64,000 nucleotides of DNA. Origin: Candidatus Collierbacteria bacterium (lineage in GTDB: Bacteria > Patescibacteriota > Microgenomatia > UBA1400 > JACPES01). The DNA is taken from NCBI GenBank assembly GCA_016183365.1, contig JACPES010000003.1:269051-333050 (forward strand), given 5' to 3'. Numbering within the stretch: position 1 is the stretch's first letter; every line of letters starts with the position of its first letter. The notes beneath the pieces are model-generated. The model was not told where the DNA came from and did no database searches. It was given only the letters and a program-made list of their open reading frames with translations. The position numbers and the translations under genes are program-made. Below are positions 38,838 through 47,626 of this stretch, piece after piece.

Positions 38838-40357
38838 AGTTTATCCTTTTCATAATGTTGTTGAGTGTGCCTGCGGTCTGGCAAATCATCGCTCCTGGAT
38901 TTTTCCCGATGCACGACGATATCCAGGTGGCCAGAGTCGAGCAGATGTTTGTGGCTTTAAAATCAGGGCAGTTTCCTGTTCGTTGGGTGCCTGATTTAGG
39001 GTATGGCTACGGGTATCCGATTTTTAATTTTTATAATCCCTTAGCCTATTATTTTGGAGCGGCTTTTATGTTTTTAGGACTTGATGCTTTAGAGGCCACA
39101 AAATTGATGTTTATCTTTCCGGTTTTGGTATCGGGAATATCAATGTTTATATTTTCTAAACTTTTTTTATCCGATTTCGCTTCAGGATTTGCCGGATTAC
39201 TTTATGTTTATGCTGCATACCACGCGGTTCAAATCTACGTTAGGGGCGCGGTCGCCGAGTATTGGGCTTATGCCCTATTGCCGTTGGTTTTCTATGCCAT
39301 TTGGAAAAGAAAAATTATTTTTGCCGGACTAACTTTGGCTGCTTTAATCGCATCTCACAATCTTACTGCTTTTATGACTATTCCTTTTTTGGTGCTTTTA
39401 TTTTTATTTCGATATTTTAAAATATCGAAACTAAAAAATTTCAATAATGATAATTTAATCTTAATATTGTTTAGAGGAATGGTGCCATTGATGATTGGTT
39501 TAGGTTTGAGCGCCTTTTTTTGGCTACCATCTATTCTGGAATCTCCAAAAACCTTAGTTAGCCAAATGGTATTTGAAAAATTTGATCCCCCCTCAAAACA
39601 TGTGGTTTATCCATTACAACTATGGTCCGGAGTTTGGGGTTACGGCGGGTCATCTGCCGGAATTGATGATGGATTATCGTTTCAAATAGGTAAAATTCAT
39701 TTGATAGGAAGTCTTGCGGCAATTGCTATATTGCTATATTGTTATATTGTTAAACGAAAAGAAATTCAATTAACAATTGAGCAATTTAACAATTTAGCAA
39801 TTTTCTCTGTCGTCGGCTTAATACTTTCAGTATTTATCCTACTTCCTTTATCCCGGCCAATTTGGGATGCCTTTCCGGTCCTTTCCTATATCCAATTTCC
39901 CTGGCGCTTTCTGACGTTTGTTTCTCTATTTAGCTCTCTATTGACAGCTTGGGCGATTACAATGGTCTTGAACCTGATAGTAAAAAAAGAAGCCATGAAA
40001 AATGTAGCGTTCATTGCTTCTTGCTTCCTGCTTCTTGTTTCTTATATCAAATTCTTCCAACCCCAATTTAAATTTCCGGTTACAGCGGATGAACTAATTA
40101 CCCGGGAAAAACTGGTCTGGGATTATTCTAGGATCTCCTATGAATACTTGCCAAAGGGGTTTATTCCGCCCATAAACGCTGAAGTTGCCTTAAGAGTAGA
40201 TAATAAGCAGAATCAACTATTGGTCGACAGCCTAAAAGAGCAAACTATGGTTAGACGGGTTGCGAATATAATTAGCTTGTTCACGTTTATAACCTTTATA
40301 GCATTTGTTGTTGTTATTCCCTTTTGTAAGAAAAATGGACAAAATCTCTCAAGTTAA
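38834..40357 (+). CDS. Polytopic membrane protein (putative GT-C; paralog of 37455)
   Basis: GQFPVRWVPDLGYGYGYPIFNFYNPLAYY. ATG at 38834 (the ORF call from 38825 uses GTG). Confidence 0.45.
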   Translation: MKFILFIMLLSVPAVWQIIAPGFFPMHDDIQVARVEQMFVALKSGQFPVRWVPDLGYGYGYPIFNFYNPLAYYFGAAFMFLGLDALEATKLMFIFPVLVSGISMFIFSKLFLSDFASGFAGLLYVYAAYHAVQIYVRGAVAEYWAYALLPLVFYAIWKRKIIFAGLTLAALIASHNLTAFMTIPFLVLLFLFRYFKISKLKNFNNDNLILILFRGMVPLMIGLGLSAFFWLPSILESPKTLVSQMVFEKFDPPSKHVVYPLQLWSGVWGYGGSSAGIDDGLSFQIGKIHLIGSLAAIAILLYCYIVKRKEIQLTIEQFNNLAIFSVVGLILSVFILLPLSRPIWDAFPVLSYIQFPWRFLTFVSLFSSLLTAWAITMVLNLIVKKEAMKNVAFIASCFLLLVSYIKFFQPQFKFPVTADELITREKLVWDYSRISYEYLPKGFIPPINAEVALRVDNKQNQLLVDSLKEQTMVRRVANIISLFTFITFIAFVVVIPFCKKNGQNLSS

Positions 40358-41831
40358 GCAAAAAACAGTTAAAGGGTTGGTGGCCCTGATAGCCAGAACC
40401 GGTCTGCTGCAGGTTATAGCGGTTGTAGCGACATTTATTTTGACGGTATTTTTAGATCCAGCTCAATTTGGAGTTTTTGCGATCGTGGCCGCAGCAGTTG
40501 ACATTTTGGTTTATTTTTCAGATATCGGTTTAGCCGGAGCGTTGATCCAGAAGCAAGATATAAACGAAAAAGATCTGGCTACAACTTTTACGATTCAGCA
40601 GATATTAAGTTTGACTTTGTTGGGTCTTGGATTTTTAGCCGGCAGCTTGGTGGCTAATATTTACTCTCTTTCCTTAGCCGGAATTTGGTTGTTCAGAGCG
40701 TTATTGGTTTCAGTTTTTTTGTCAGGCTTGAAAACGATTCCCAGTGTTTTATTGGAAAGAAAACTTGATTTTATTAAAGTCGTTACCGTCCAGATTGCGG
40801 AAACATTAATTTTTTACGGACTGGCGGTATTTTTGGCGTGGAAAGGGTTTGGAGTATCCAGTTTTTCTTGGGCGGTTTTATTCAGGAGTGTCATTGGGTT
40901 GATAATGATTTATATTTTAGCGCCATGGAGACCGCGAATCGGGATTGACAGGATTTCATTCAAAAAACTGATATCGTTTGGAATGCCGTTTCAATTAAAT
41001 AGTCTTTTAGGTTTGGTAAAAGATCGGATGTTGGTGGCATATTACGGAGCGATTTTGTCTCCGGTTCATGTCGGGTATCTACAGTGGGCGGAAAGATGGT
41101 CTCTTTTCCCGTTGAGAATGGTGGTGGATAATGTCTCAAAGGTGACTTTTCCGGCTTATTCCAGACTGCAGGCAGAACGCGATCATTTAGTCAAAGCTAT
41201 TGAAAAATCAATTTTTTTTACCGGTCTTTTCATTTTCCCGATCTTAATAGGACTGATAGTTTTGGCTCCGACTGCCCTGGAAGTTATTCCCAAATATAAT
41301 AAATGGCAGCCGGCTCTTTTGGCTTTAGGTTTATTTTCCATAAATGCTATGTGGTCTTCAATTTCGACTACAATTACTAACGCGTTTGCGGCTATGGGGA
41401 AAATTAATATTAATTTGAAATTAATGTTAATGTGGACCGTGCTGACATGGATTTTGACTCCATTATTGATGTCTAAATACGGTTATAATGGCGTGGCCGC
41501 CGCTTCGGCTTTGGTAGCTTCATCTTCAATAATTCCGATGATAATCCTTAAAAGGATATTACCGATAAGGCTATTCTCGAATATCTGGCCGCAATTAATC
41601 AACGCGTTAATAATGGGGTTAATAATCCGTTATGTTAATTTAAAATTACCATTTACTATTTACTCTTTGCTATTTACCGTTCTCCTCGGTGCTATACTTT
41701 ATGGTGCGTTATTAATGGTTTTAATGCCTAAAAAACTGATAGCAGAAATAAAATCAGTCTGGTTGTTGTCATCCCGAGCGAAGCCAGGTACCGGCCGGAA
41801 CCTGGCGAAGTCGAGGGATCTAACGGAGTGA
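40335..41831 (+). CDS. Wzx-type oligosaccharide flippase (MOP superfamily polysaccharide biosynthesis protein)
   Basis: About 14 TM helices with a Wzx-like N-terminus (…LVALIARTGLLQVIAVVATFILTVFLDPAQFGVFAIVAAAVDILVYFSDIGLAGALIQ). The last 22 residues are encoded by the palindromic element at 41768..41832. Confidence 0.65.
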   Translation: MDKISQVKQKTVKGLVALIARTGLLQVIAVVATFILTVFLDPAQFGVFAIVAAAVDILVYFSDIGLAGALIQKQDINEKDLATTFTIQQILSLTLLGLGFLAGSLVANIYSLSLAGIWLFRALLVSVFLSGLKTIPSVLLERKLDFIKVVTVQIAETLIFYGLAVFLAWKGFGVSSFSWAVLFRSVIGLIMIYILAPWRPRIGIDRISFKKLISFGMPFQLNSLLGLVKDRMLVAYYGAILSPVHVGYLQWAERWSLFPLRMVVDNVSKVTFPAYSRLQAERDHLVKAIEKSIFFTGLFIFPILIGLIVLAPTALEVIPKYNKWQPALLALGLFSINAMWSSISTTITNAFAAMGKININLKLMLMWTVLTWILTPLLMSKYGYNGVAAASALVASSSIIPMIILKRILPIRLFSNIWPQLINALIMGLIIRYVNLKLPFTIYSLLFTVLLGAILYGALLMVLMPKKLIAEIKSVWLLSSRAKPGTGRNLAKSRDLTE

Positions 41832-41886
41832 CAAAAATAATTATTAATATCGCTTTGCTAGATTTCTCGCTGTAGCTCGAAATGAC
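41768..41886. repeat. GC-rich palindromic element GTCATCCCGAGCGAAGCCAGGTACCGGCCGGAACCTGGCGAAGTCGAGGGATCTAACGGAGTGAC plus a degenerate second copy ending …CTCGAAATGAC
   Basis: Forms the 3' end and stop codon of the flippase gene and the spacer before the next ATG. Close relatives at 17074..17121 (reverse) and 14332..14375. Confidence 0.65.
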
Positions 41887-41902
41887 GAAAGAATTATAGT
41901 TT

Positions 41903-42823
41903 ATGAAACAAACACTTTCTGTAGTTCTGTCTGTTCACAACGAAGAAAAACTTCTAGAAGAGGCCCTAAAATCTATTAAAGATTTGGCCGATGAAATTAT
42001 CGTTGTCGATAATGAATCAACAGACAAGACAGTCCAAATTACCAAAAAGTACACAAAAAATATTTTTGTTCACCAAAATACCCCAAATTCCCTAAATATC
42101 CCAAAAAATTACGGTTTTTCCAAAGCCAAGGGCGATTGGATTCTTTCTCTCGATGGTGATGAAGTGATACCGGTGGAATTGGCCGCTGAAATCAGTCGTA
42201 TCATCAATTCTCCATCTGATTCTTCTGTCAATGGCTACTGGATGTCAAGAAAGAATATAGTTTTCGGCAAATGGATCAAGCATGGAATTTGGTATCCGGA
42301 TAAACAGTTAAGACTATTCCGCCGCGGCAAAGGGAAATTTCCGGAAAAACATAATCATGAATATTTGGAAGCAACAGGGGAATTAGCTGAATTAAAAAAT
42401 CATTTGATTCATCAAAATTATCAAACTATTGTTCAATTCGTGGATAAAATGAATCATACTTACACTGACAATGAAGCCGAAGTCCTGTTGGCGTTGGGGA
42501 AAAAATTAGAGTGGTTCGACGCTATCAGGATGCCGGCTTCTGATTTCATCCTGAATTTTTTCCGCCGCCAATCATATAAGGACGGGCTTCATGGTTTGAT
42601 CTTGTCGTTACTGCAAGCCTTTTATGCGCTTTTGGTATTTGCTAAAGCATGGGAAAAACAAGGGTTTTGGGAATACGATTCTAAGGATTTTGTCCGTGAC
42701 GTTAAGTCTGAACTGAAAGACAAAGGCAAAGAGTTCTCTTGGTGGTACACTAAAGAACTTATACCTTGGTTTTTAAAACCAAAGCAAATAATTAAGAAGT
42801 TTATCAACGCATCAACTCATTAA
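41903..42823 (+). CDS. Family-2 glycosyltransferase
   Basis: LSVVLSVHNEEKLL…IIVVDNESTDKT…LSLDGDE. Confidence 0.75.
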   Translation: MKQTLSVVLSVHNEEKLLEEALKSIKDLADEIIVVDNESTDKTVQITKKYTKNIFVHQNTPNSLNIPKNYGFSKAKGDWILSLDGDEVIPVELAAEISRIINSPSDSSVNGYWMSRKNIVFGKWIKHGIWYPDKQLRLFRRGKGKFPEKHNHEYLEATGELAELKNHLIHQNYQTIVQFVDKMNHTYTDNEAEVLLALGKKLEWFDAIRMPASDFILNFFRRQSYKDGLHGLILSLLQAFYALLVFAKAWEKQGFWEYDSKDFVRDVKSELKDKGKEFSWWYTKELIPWFLKPKQIIKKFINASTH

Positions 42824-42850
42824 CGCATTAACGTATCAACACATTAATCT

Positions 42851-43882
42851 ATGAACATATTTATCACCGGCGGAGCCGGATTTATCGGTACCCACTCCGC
42901 GAATTTCTATCTGAAAGCCGGTAACAAGATTACAATATTTGATAATTTTTCCCGAAAAGGGACTAGAGAAAATGTTAAATGGCTGGAGAAAAAATATGGA
43001 GTAGGGAGCATGGAAGTTATTGAAGGAGATATACGGGATTTCGATAAGCTTAAACAGTCAATTGTCGGCAATGATGTAGTTATTCATTTGGCCGGTCAAG
43101 TGGCGGTGACGACTTCAGTTACTAACCCAAGAGAGGATTTTGAAATTAACGCTTTGGGCACGTTTAACGTTTTGGAATCCGTTCGGCTTCTTACTCCTGA
43201 CTCTATACTCCTATTCGCTTCGACCAATAAAGTTTACGGCGGGATGGAAGAAATAAAAATTATCAAAAAAGGCAAAAGGTATGTTTACCGCGATTTGCCG
43301 GGCGGGATTTCTGAAGCCCAGAATTTGGATTTCCATTCTCCGTATGGATGCAGCAAGGGGACCGCGGACCAATATGTCCGGGATTATCACCGGATTTATG
43401 GTTTGAAAACCGTGGTTTTCCGTCAGAGTTGTATCTTCGGCACTCATCAATTCGGAATTGAAGATCAAGGATGGGTGAGCTGGTTTACCATCGCTTCTGT
43501 TTTGGGAAAACCGATAACCGTCTATGGCGACGGGATGCAGGTTCGAGACGTATTGTTCGTCGAGGATTTAGTTAAAGCCTATGATTTGGCGATAAAAAAA
43601 ATTGACAAAACAGCCGGAAAGATCTATAACGTCGGCGGCGGACCAAAGTTTACTCTTTCTTTACTTGAATTATTGGCTCTTCTCGAGAAAAAACTCGGCA
43701 AAAAAATTCCATACAGTTCTGCCGACTGGCGCCCCGGCGACCAGCCGGTCTATGTCAGCAGTATTTCAAAGATAAAAAAAGAATTGGGTTGGGAACCACA
43801 AATCTCCGTCAATCAGGGAACCGGCAGAATGATTGACTGGATTATCAAAGAAAAAGATCTAATAGAAAAAGCACTGAATTAA
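42851..43882 (+). CDS. NAD-dependent epimerase/dehydratase (CDP-paratose 2-epimerase / UDP-sugar epimerase-like)
   Basis: MNIFITGGAGFIGTH (Rossmann) and YGCSKGTADQY (SDR YxxxK). Confidence 0.75.
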   Translation: MNIFITGGAGFIGTHSANFYLKAGNKITIFDNFSRKGTRENVKWLEKKYGVGSMEVIEGDIRDFDKLKQSIVGNDVVIHLAGQVAVTTSVTNPREDFEINALGTFNVLESVRLLTPDSILLFASTNKVYGGMEEIKIIKKGKRYVYRDLPGGISEAQNLDFHSPYGCSKGTADQYVRDYHRIYGLKTVVFRQSCIFGTHQFGIEDQGWVSWFTIASVLGKPITVYGDGMQVRDVLFVEDLVKAYDLAIKKIDKTAGKIYNVGGGPKFTLSLLELLALLEKKLGKKIPYSSADWRPGDQPVYVSSISKIKKELGWEPQISVNQGTGRMIDWIIKEKDLIEKALN

Positions 43883-43906
43883 ATTTATGAAGGGAAAAAT
43901 TGCGGT

Positions 43907-44130
43907 AACGGGGTGGAAAGATTGGATGAATGTTAAGGTTCTGCAAAAGGTAGTTATTGTGGACGAGATAGATAATATTTTGCTTCAAATTCTCATTTTT
44001 GACTATTTGCTATCAGGCTAAAGTTAAAGGAATTTCTCCAAATGTGGTTTTAAGCCAAGAATATGCCGAATACCGCTGGCTCTCAAAATCAGAAGCGCTA
44101 TCGCTCAATTCAATTCCTATCTTTTTAATC
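43907..44130 (+). pseudogene. Possible NUDIX hydrolase remnant (frameshifted fragments)
   Basis: Frame 1: MKGKIAVTGWKDWMNVKVLQKVVIVDEIDNILLQIL. Another frame: …SQEYAEYRWLSKSEALSLNSIPI, which is a NUDIX C-terminal-like pattern. No intact ORF. Weak evidence. Confidence 0.25.
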
Positions 44131-44136
44131 TTTGCT

Positions 44137-44170
44137 TTTAACTCTACGCGGCCGCGGATAGAAAAGAGCA
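44137..44170 (+). promoter_or_regulatory. Second copy of the TTAACTCT-CGCGGCCGCG-TAGAAAAGAGCA motif, abutting the ATG at 44172
   Basis: Near-identical to 10469..10500 upstream of argS. Confidence 0.45.
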
Positions 44171-44171
44171 T

Positions 44172-44873
44172 ATGACTTATCAAAAACTCCAAAAAGAACT
44201 GTTTGATCGGATTGAAATTCAGGCTAAAATCGGCAATTCTTCAAATACTCTAGTTGCAATGCGAAATTTTGATAATGACAATAGCCGGTGTTTAACCTCA
44301 GTATTTTTTCTGTCTCAAACTAAGGTTGTGTCAGAAATACAAAAATTTACAGAAGAACTACAGGTTGCTGATAACAGGCAATATTATTATCCAGTCTTTT
44401 CGCTTCATATAACTATCCAAAACATTAGAAATGAAAACATTCAGCCTTTATTCAATCAAGAAGATATTGATATGACCAAGCAGGTTTTTGCAAAAATCAT
44501 TCCGAAACATAAACCAATTAAATGCCATTTGAAAGGGTTATTTGAATTGCCGACAAGCATATCTATTAGAGGATATACAGATGAATCTCTGAAAGATTTG
44601 GTTTTAGACTTAAAGAGAGAACTGATTTCTGTTGGAGTTCCTGACAATAAAAAATATGCTTCCGATTCGATATTTTTCTGCAACAGCACCATCTGTCGTT
44701 ACCAAGTTCAACCTAATGATAAATTTTTCGAGATTGTCAGACGGAACAAGAATCGGGATTTCGATGCCGTTGACATCAATGAGGTCAGTTTGATGACTAC
44801 AAATGCGGTTGCTGATCAGAAATACACCAACATTATTAACAGTATCCCCTTAGCTTCCCCTAATTTCTTTTAG
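44172..44873 (+). CDS. Hypothetical protein (single HxTx motif reminiscent of 2H phosphoesterases)
   Basis: 233 aa. …YYYPVFSLHITIQNI… has one H-x-T-x motif, and a second could not be found, so no family is assigned. Confidence 0.5.
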   Translation: MTYQKLQKELFDRIEIQAKIGNSSNTLVAMRNFDNDNSRCLTSVFFLSQTKVVSEIQKFTEELQVADNRQYYYPVFSLHITIQNIRNENIQPLFNQEDIDMTKQVFAKIIPKHKPIKCHLKGLFELPTSISIRGYTDESLKDLVLDLKRELISVGVPDNKKYASDSIFFCNSTICRYQVQPNDKFFEIVRRNKNRDFDAVDINEVSLMTTNAVADQKYTNIINSIPLASPNFF

Positions 44874-44898
44874 TTCCATTATTTTCGCTTGACTACTA

Positions 44899-44980
44899 TT
44901 CTTTTCCATCCGCGGCCGCGGACTCAAAAGAGTAAAAGTTAATCTTAACTTACAGCGGCCGCGGGGAGTTATTGACATTA
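44899..44980 (+). repeat. 82-bp direct repeat, copy 1: CCGCGGCCGCGG - 33 nt AT-rich - CGGCCGCGG - TTATTGACA
   Basis: Nearly identical (1-2 mismatches) to 45897..45978. Ends in a TTGACA -35-like hexamer, about 58 nt upstream of the paaX-like ATG. Confidence 0.8.
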
Positions 44981-45034
44981 GTTATTCTTTTAATTAGAGT
45001 AATTTGATTAGAGTAATAAATTCAAACCTTTTTT

Positions 45035-45865
45035 ATGGCACGTAGTCGAACTACATCCAAATTGATTTCTAGGCTTACCGGTGAGTTGGCCGTTACGACC
45101 TTGGATTTCGTGGTACTATCTGCTGCTTTGGCCGGTGGGATGATTCTATACGGACCTAGTGGAAAAGATTTATACGCCAGCCAAAAAACCCAAAGAGCTC
45201 TGAAAATGACGGGATTAATGTACAAAAAATGGGACGAATCGGCTTTCCGCCGTGCAGTTGGTCGGGCAGCCGGCGAAGGATTGGTTAAACGAATTACAGA
45301 TGGCTTTAAATTGACAGGGTCAGGTAAAAAGCGGTTGAAGGAATTATTACCGTCGTATAAACAACCCAAACCTTGGGATGAAAAATTGTGGTTGGTGACC
45401 TATGACATTCCGGAAGACAAGCGTTACATTCGTGATCGCTTTCGCAATTGGCTGTTTGAAATCGGCTGTCGAATGATCCAGGAATCAGTATGGCTATCAG
45501 TCAAAGATCCAAAACCTTGGATTAAAGATTCGATAGCATCAATGGAAAAGGGAAATATCATCGTATCGTGTTTGGGTAAGGATGGAAGTATCGGGAATGA
45601 GAATTTAAACGAACTGATTTATCGCGTGTTTGAATTAAAACGATTGAACAAGGCATATAAAAGTTGGTTGCAAGCAGTAAATCAACAAAGTAGTAAATCA
45701 ACAGTATTGAGTTTAGGTTTTAGATTTTTATCTCTTTTGCGTCAAGATCCAATGTTTCCGAAAGATCTACTGCCTCAAGATTGGGCGGGCAACAAAGCCA
45801 GGAGAATCTTCGAGACAGAAATCGAGTCTGAAATGGGTGCGATCAAAATATACTTGCAAAAATAA
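45035..45865 (+). CDS. PaaX-family transcriptional regulator
   Basis: WDEKLWLVTYDIPEDKRYIRDRFRNWLFEIGCRMIQESVWLS and DPMFPKDLLPQDWAGNKARRIF match the PaaX middle and C-terminal domains (compare E. coli PaaX WDGKWLLLL… / DPLLPEELLPAHWAGHTARQL). Confidence 0.8.
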   Translation: MARSRTTSKLISRLTGELAVTTLDFVVLSAALAGGMILYGPSGKDLYASQKTQRALKMTGLMYKKWDESAFRRAVGRAAGEGLVKRITDGFKLTGSGKKRLKELLPSYKQPKPWDEKLWLVTYDIPEDKRYIRDRFRNWLFEIGCRMIQESVWLSVKDPKPWIKDSIASMEKGNIIVSCLGKDGSIGNENLNELIYRVFELKRLNKAYKSWLQAVNQQSSKSTVLSLGFRFLSLLRQDPMFPKDLLPQDWAGNKARRIFETEIESEMGAIKIYLQK

Positions 45866-45896
45866 TTTCTCCTAAAACTTGATTGAGAAAAATTTG

Positions 45897-45978
45897 TTCT
45901 TTTCCATCCGCGGCCGCGGACTCAAAAGAGTAAAAGTTAATCTTAACTTCCAGCGGCCGCGGGGAGTTATTGACACTA
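45897..45978 (+). repeat. 82-bp direct repeat, copy 2 (promoter/operator-like module upstream of larE)
   Basis: See copy 1. TTGACA at 45970-45975 lies about 64 nt upstream of the larE ATG. Confidence 0.8.
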
Positions 45979-46038
45979 ATACTAATTAATAGAATTCATC
46001 AAAAGGGATTTATCAGTCGTTGTATACTCACTGTTGTC

Positions 46039-46851
46039 ATGATGCAGGAAAGCCGTTCATTGAAACAAAAAGAAACACTATTGAAAGAGCTATTTTCGGA
46101 AATGAGGAGCGTTGTCGTTGCCCTATCTGCTGGAGTGGATTCATCGCTTACGCTTGCGGTGGCGCATGATGTATTAAAAGAAAAAGCAGTTGCAGCAGTT
46201 GCGATATCTCCCAGTCTATCTCAGGACAATGTAAAACTTGCAAGAAGAGTCGCGAAACTTATTGGGGCTGAGCTTATAGAAATTGAAACTCATGAGGTCG
46301 AGGATCCGGAGTACCAGAAGAATAATCCGCTGCGATGCTATTTTTGTAAGCATATTGTCTATTCGGAGTTGAAAAAAATCGCGGAGCAAAAACACGCTTT
46401 TCTTGTCGATGGTTTTAACACTGACGATACTGCGGAAACGAGACCAGGCATGCGGGCAGCAAAAGAAGAACGAGTCAGACATCCGCTTTTTGAAGCAGGA
46501 TTAACCAAAAAAGACGTGCGGTCTCTGGCTGGAAAATACGGGTTGCCGAACTGGAATAAGGCTGCCGATGCGTGTTTATCGTCCCGATTCTTAACCGGCA
46601 TTCCGGTAAATCCCCGCTTGGTGAAGCGCATTGAAGGACTGGAGTCGGTAGTGCGCCGCATCCTACAATTGGGAGCAGAACATACATTACGCGTCCGGCA
46701 TCTTGGAGATCAAGAAGCTCGAGTTGAAGTCAATTCTGAGTTGTTTCCAATTCCGGTCAGACTTGAGAAAAAAGTGAAAAATGTTGTCGAGTCATTTGGA
46801 TATCGCGAGATTTCATTTGCCGTTTACAGATGGGGGAGTGCCAGTGGTTAA
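46039..46851 (+). CDS. larE: LarE-family PP-loop ATP pyrophosphatase (sacrificial sulfur transferase for nickel-pincer cofactor synthesis)
   Basis: PP-loop ALSAGVDSS and the LarE-typical NPLRCYFCK motif. About 270 aa from the ATG at 46039. Higher G+C than surrounding genes. Confidence 0.75.
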   Translation: MMQESRSLKQKETLLKELFSEMRSVVVALSAGVDSSLTLAVAHDVLKEKAVAAVAISPSLSQDNVKLARRVAKLIGAELIEIETHEVEDPEYQKNNPLRCYFCKHIVYSELKKIAEQKHAFLVDGFNTDDTAETRPGMRAAKEERVRHPLFEAGLTKKDVRSLAGKYGLPNWNKAADACLSSRFLTGIPVNPRLVKRIEGLESVVRRILQLGAEHTLRVRHLGDQEARVEVNSELFPIPVRLEKKVKNVVESFGYREISFAVYRWGSASG

Positions 46852-47373
46852 ACGAGTCGTTAATATCATTGAAAATCTCGGTTTTGCTCAAATTGATCAC
46901 GGCCGTTTCGAACGGACCGGAATTCCCGAAGTGGTTTTTTGCGAAGGGAAAACGCCGGAACAGGTTGCGGAGATTTTCTCAAGGCTGGCCGCGACCAGTG
47001 GATTCGCCATGGCGACACGGGTGAAGCCCCGACACCAGAAAGTTATTCAAAAGAAAGTTCCCGAAACCGTATGGCATGAACGGGCTGGCATTATGACTAT
47101 GTTGTAGTTGTGACCGCGGGGACAGGAGATATTTCGGTTGCGGAAGAGGCAAAGGTGACATTAGAGTTTTTTGGCATTCGGGCAGAGAAACTTTGCTGAC
47201 TTCTTGTCTGGTTATTGGCGTCCCGACGGCAATCGGATACGGGATGGGGCGAGGCGGAAAAACGGCTCTTCGCACAATGCTCGATTCTTGTGTTCCCGGG
47301 ATGGTGGCAGTTAATATTGACAACGGATTCGGAGCCGCGTGCGCGGTGATGAGAATGTGGAAAAACTAGAAAA
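46781..47373 (+). pseudogene. larB: larB (pyridinium-3,5-biscarboxylic acid mononucleotide synthase), frameshifted with an internal deletion
   Basis: LarB-like pieces lie in three different frames: …VVNIIENLGFAQIDHGRFERTGIPEVVFCEGKTPEQV…ATRV; [24 protein letters not shown]; [48 protein letters not shown]. The conserved DVGVAGIHRL…IVVAGMEGALP segment is missing. Confidence 0.65.
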
Positions 47374-47375
47374 TC

Positions 47376-47546
47376 ATGAAAATAGGGTATTTCGATTGTA
47401 TCGGCGGGGCAAGCGGCGACATGATTTTAGGGTCTTTGATTGATGTCGGCCTCCCTATCGCGGTTTTGAAAAGAGAACTTGAAAAACTTCCAATTCAAGG
47501 TTGGACATTAAACGCAAAAAATCCGAGTAAAAGTGGCAAGATATGA
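47376..47546 (+). pseudogene. larC: larC (nickel insertion protein), N-terminal fragment only
   Basis: MKIGYFDCIGGASGDMILGSLIDVGLPIAVLKRELEKLPIQGWTLNAKNPSKSGKI, then stop. LarC normally exceeds 400 aa and the remainder is absent or frameshifted. Confidence 0.55.
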
Positions 47547-47626
47547 AGGAAAAATTGTTCGCGCCTTGCCGGAATACGATGATTGCAAAAAAACTGCAGC
47601 GGAGAAAAAAGTGTCGATTCAAACAG

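Noticed and set aside
42824-42850. Short repeats (ATCAACNCATTAACG)×3 between GT2 and the epimerase gene, considered as an operator
   Set aside because: Too short and degenerate to call, with no matching copies elsewhere in the window. It is mentioned here only.
46216-47323. Minus-strand ORFs across the lar region (46216..46482, 46359..46661, 46475..46687, 46979..47323) and plus ORF 46830..47024
   Set aside because: The higher G+C here reduces stop-codon frequency in off-frames. The plus-strand LarE and LarB reading frames explain the region.
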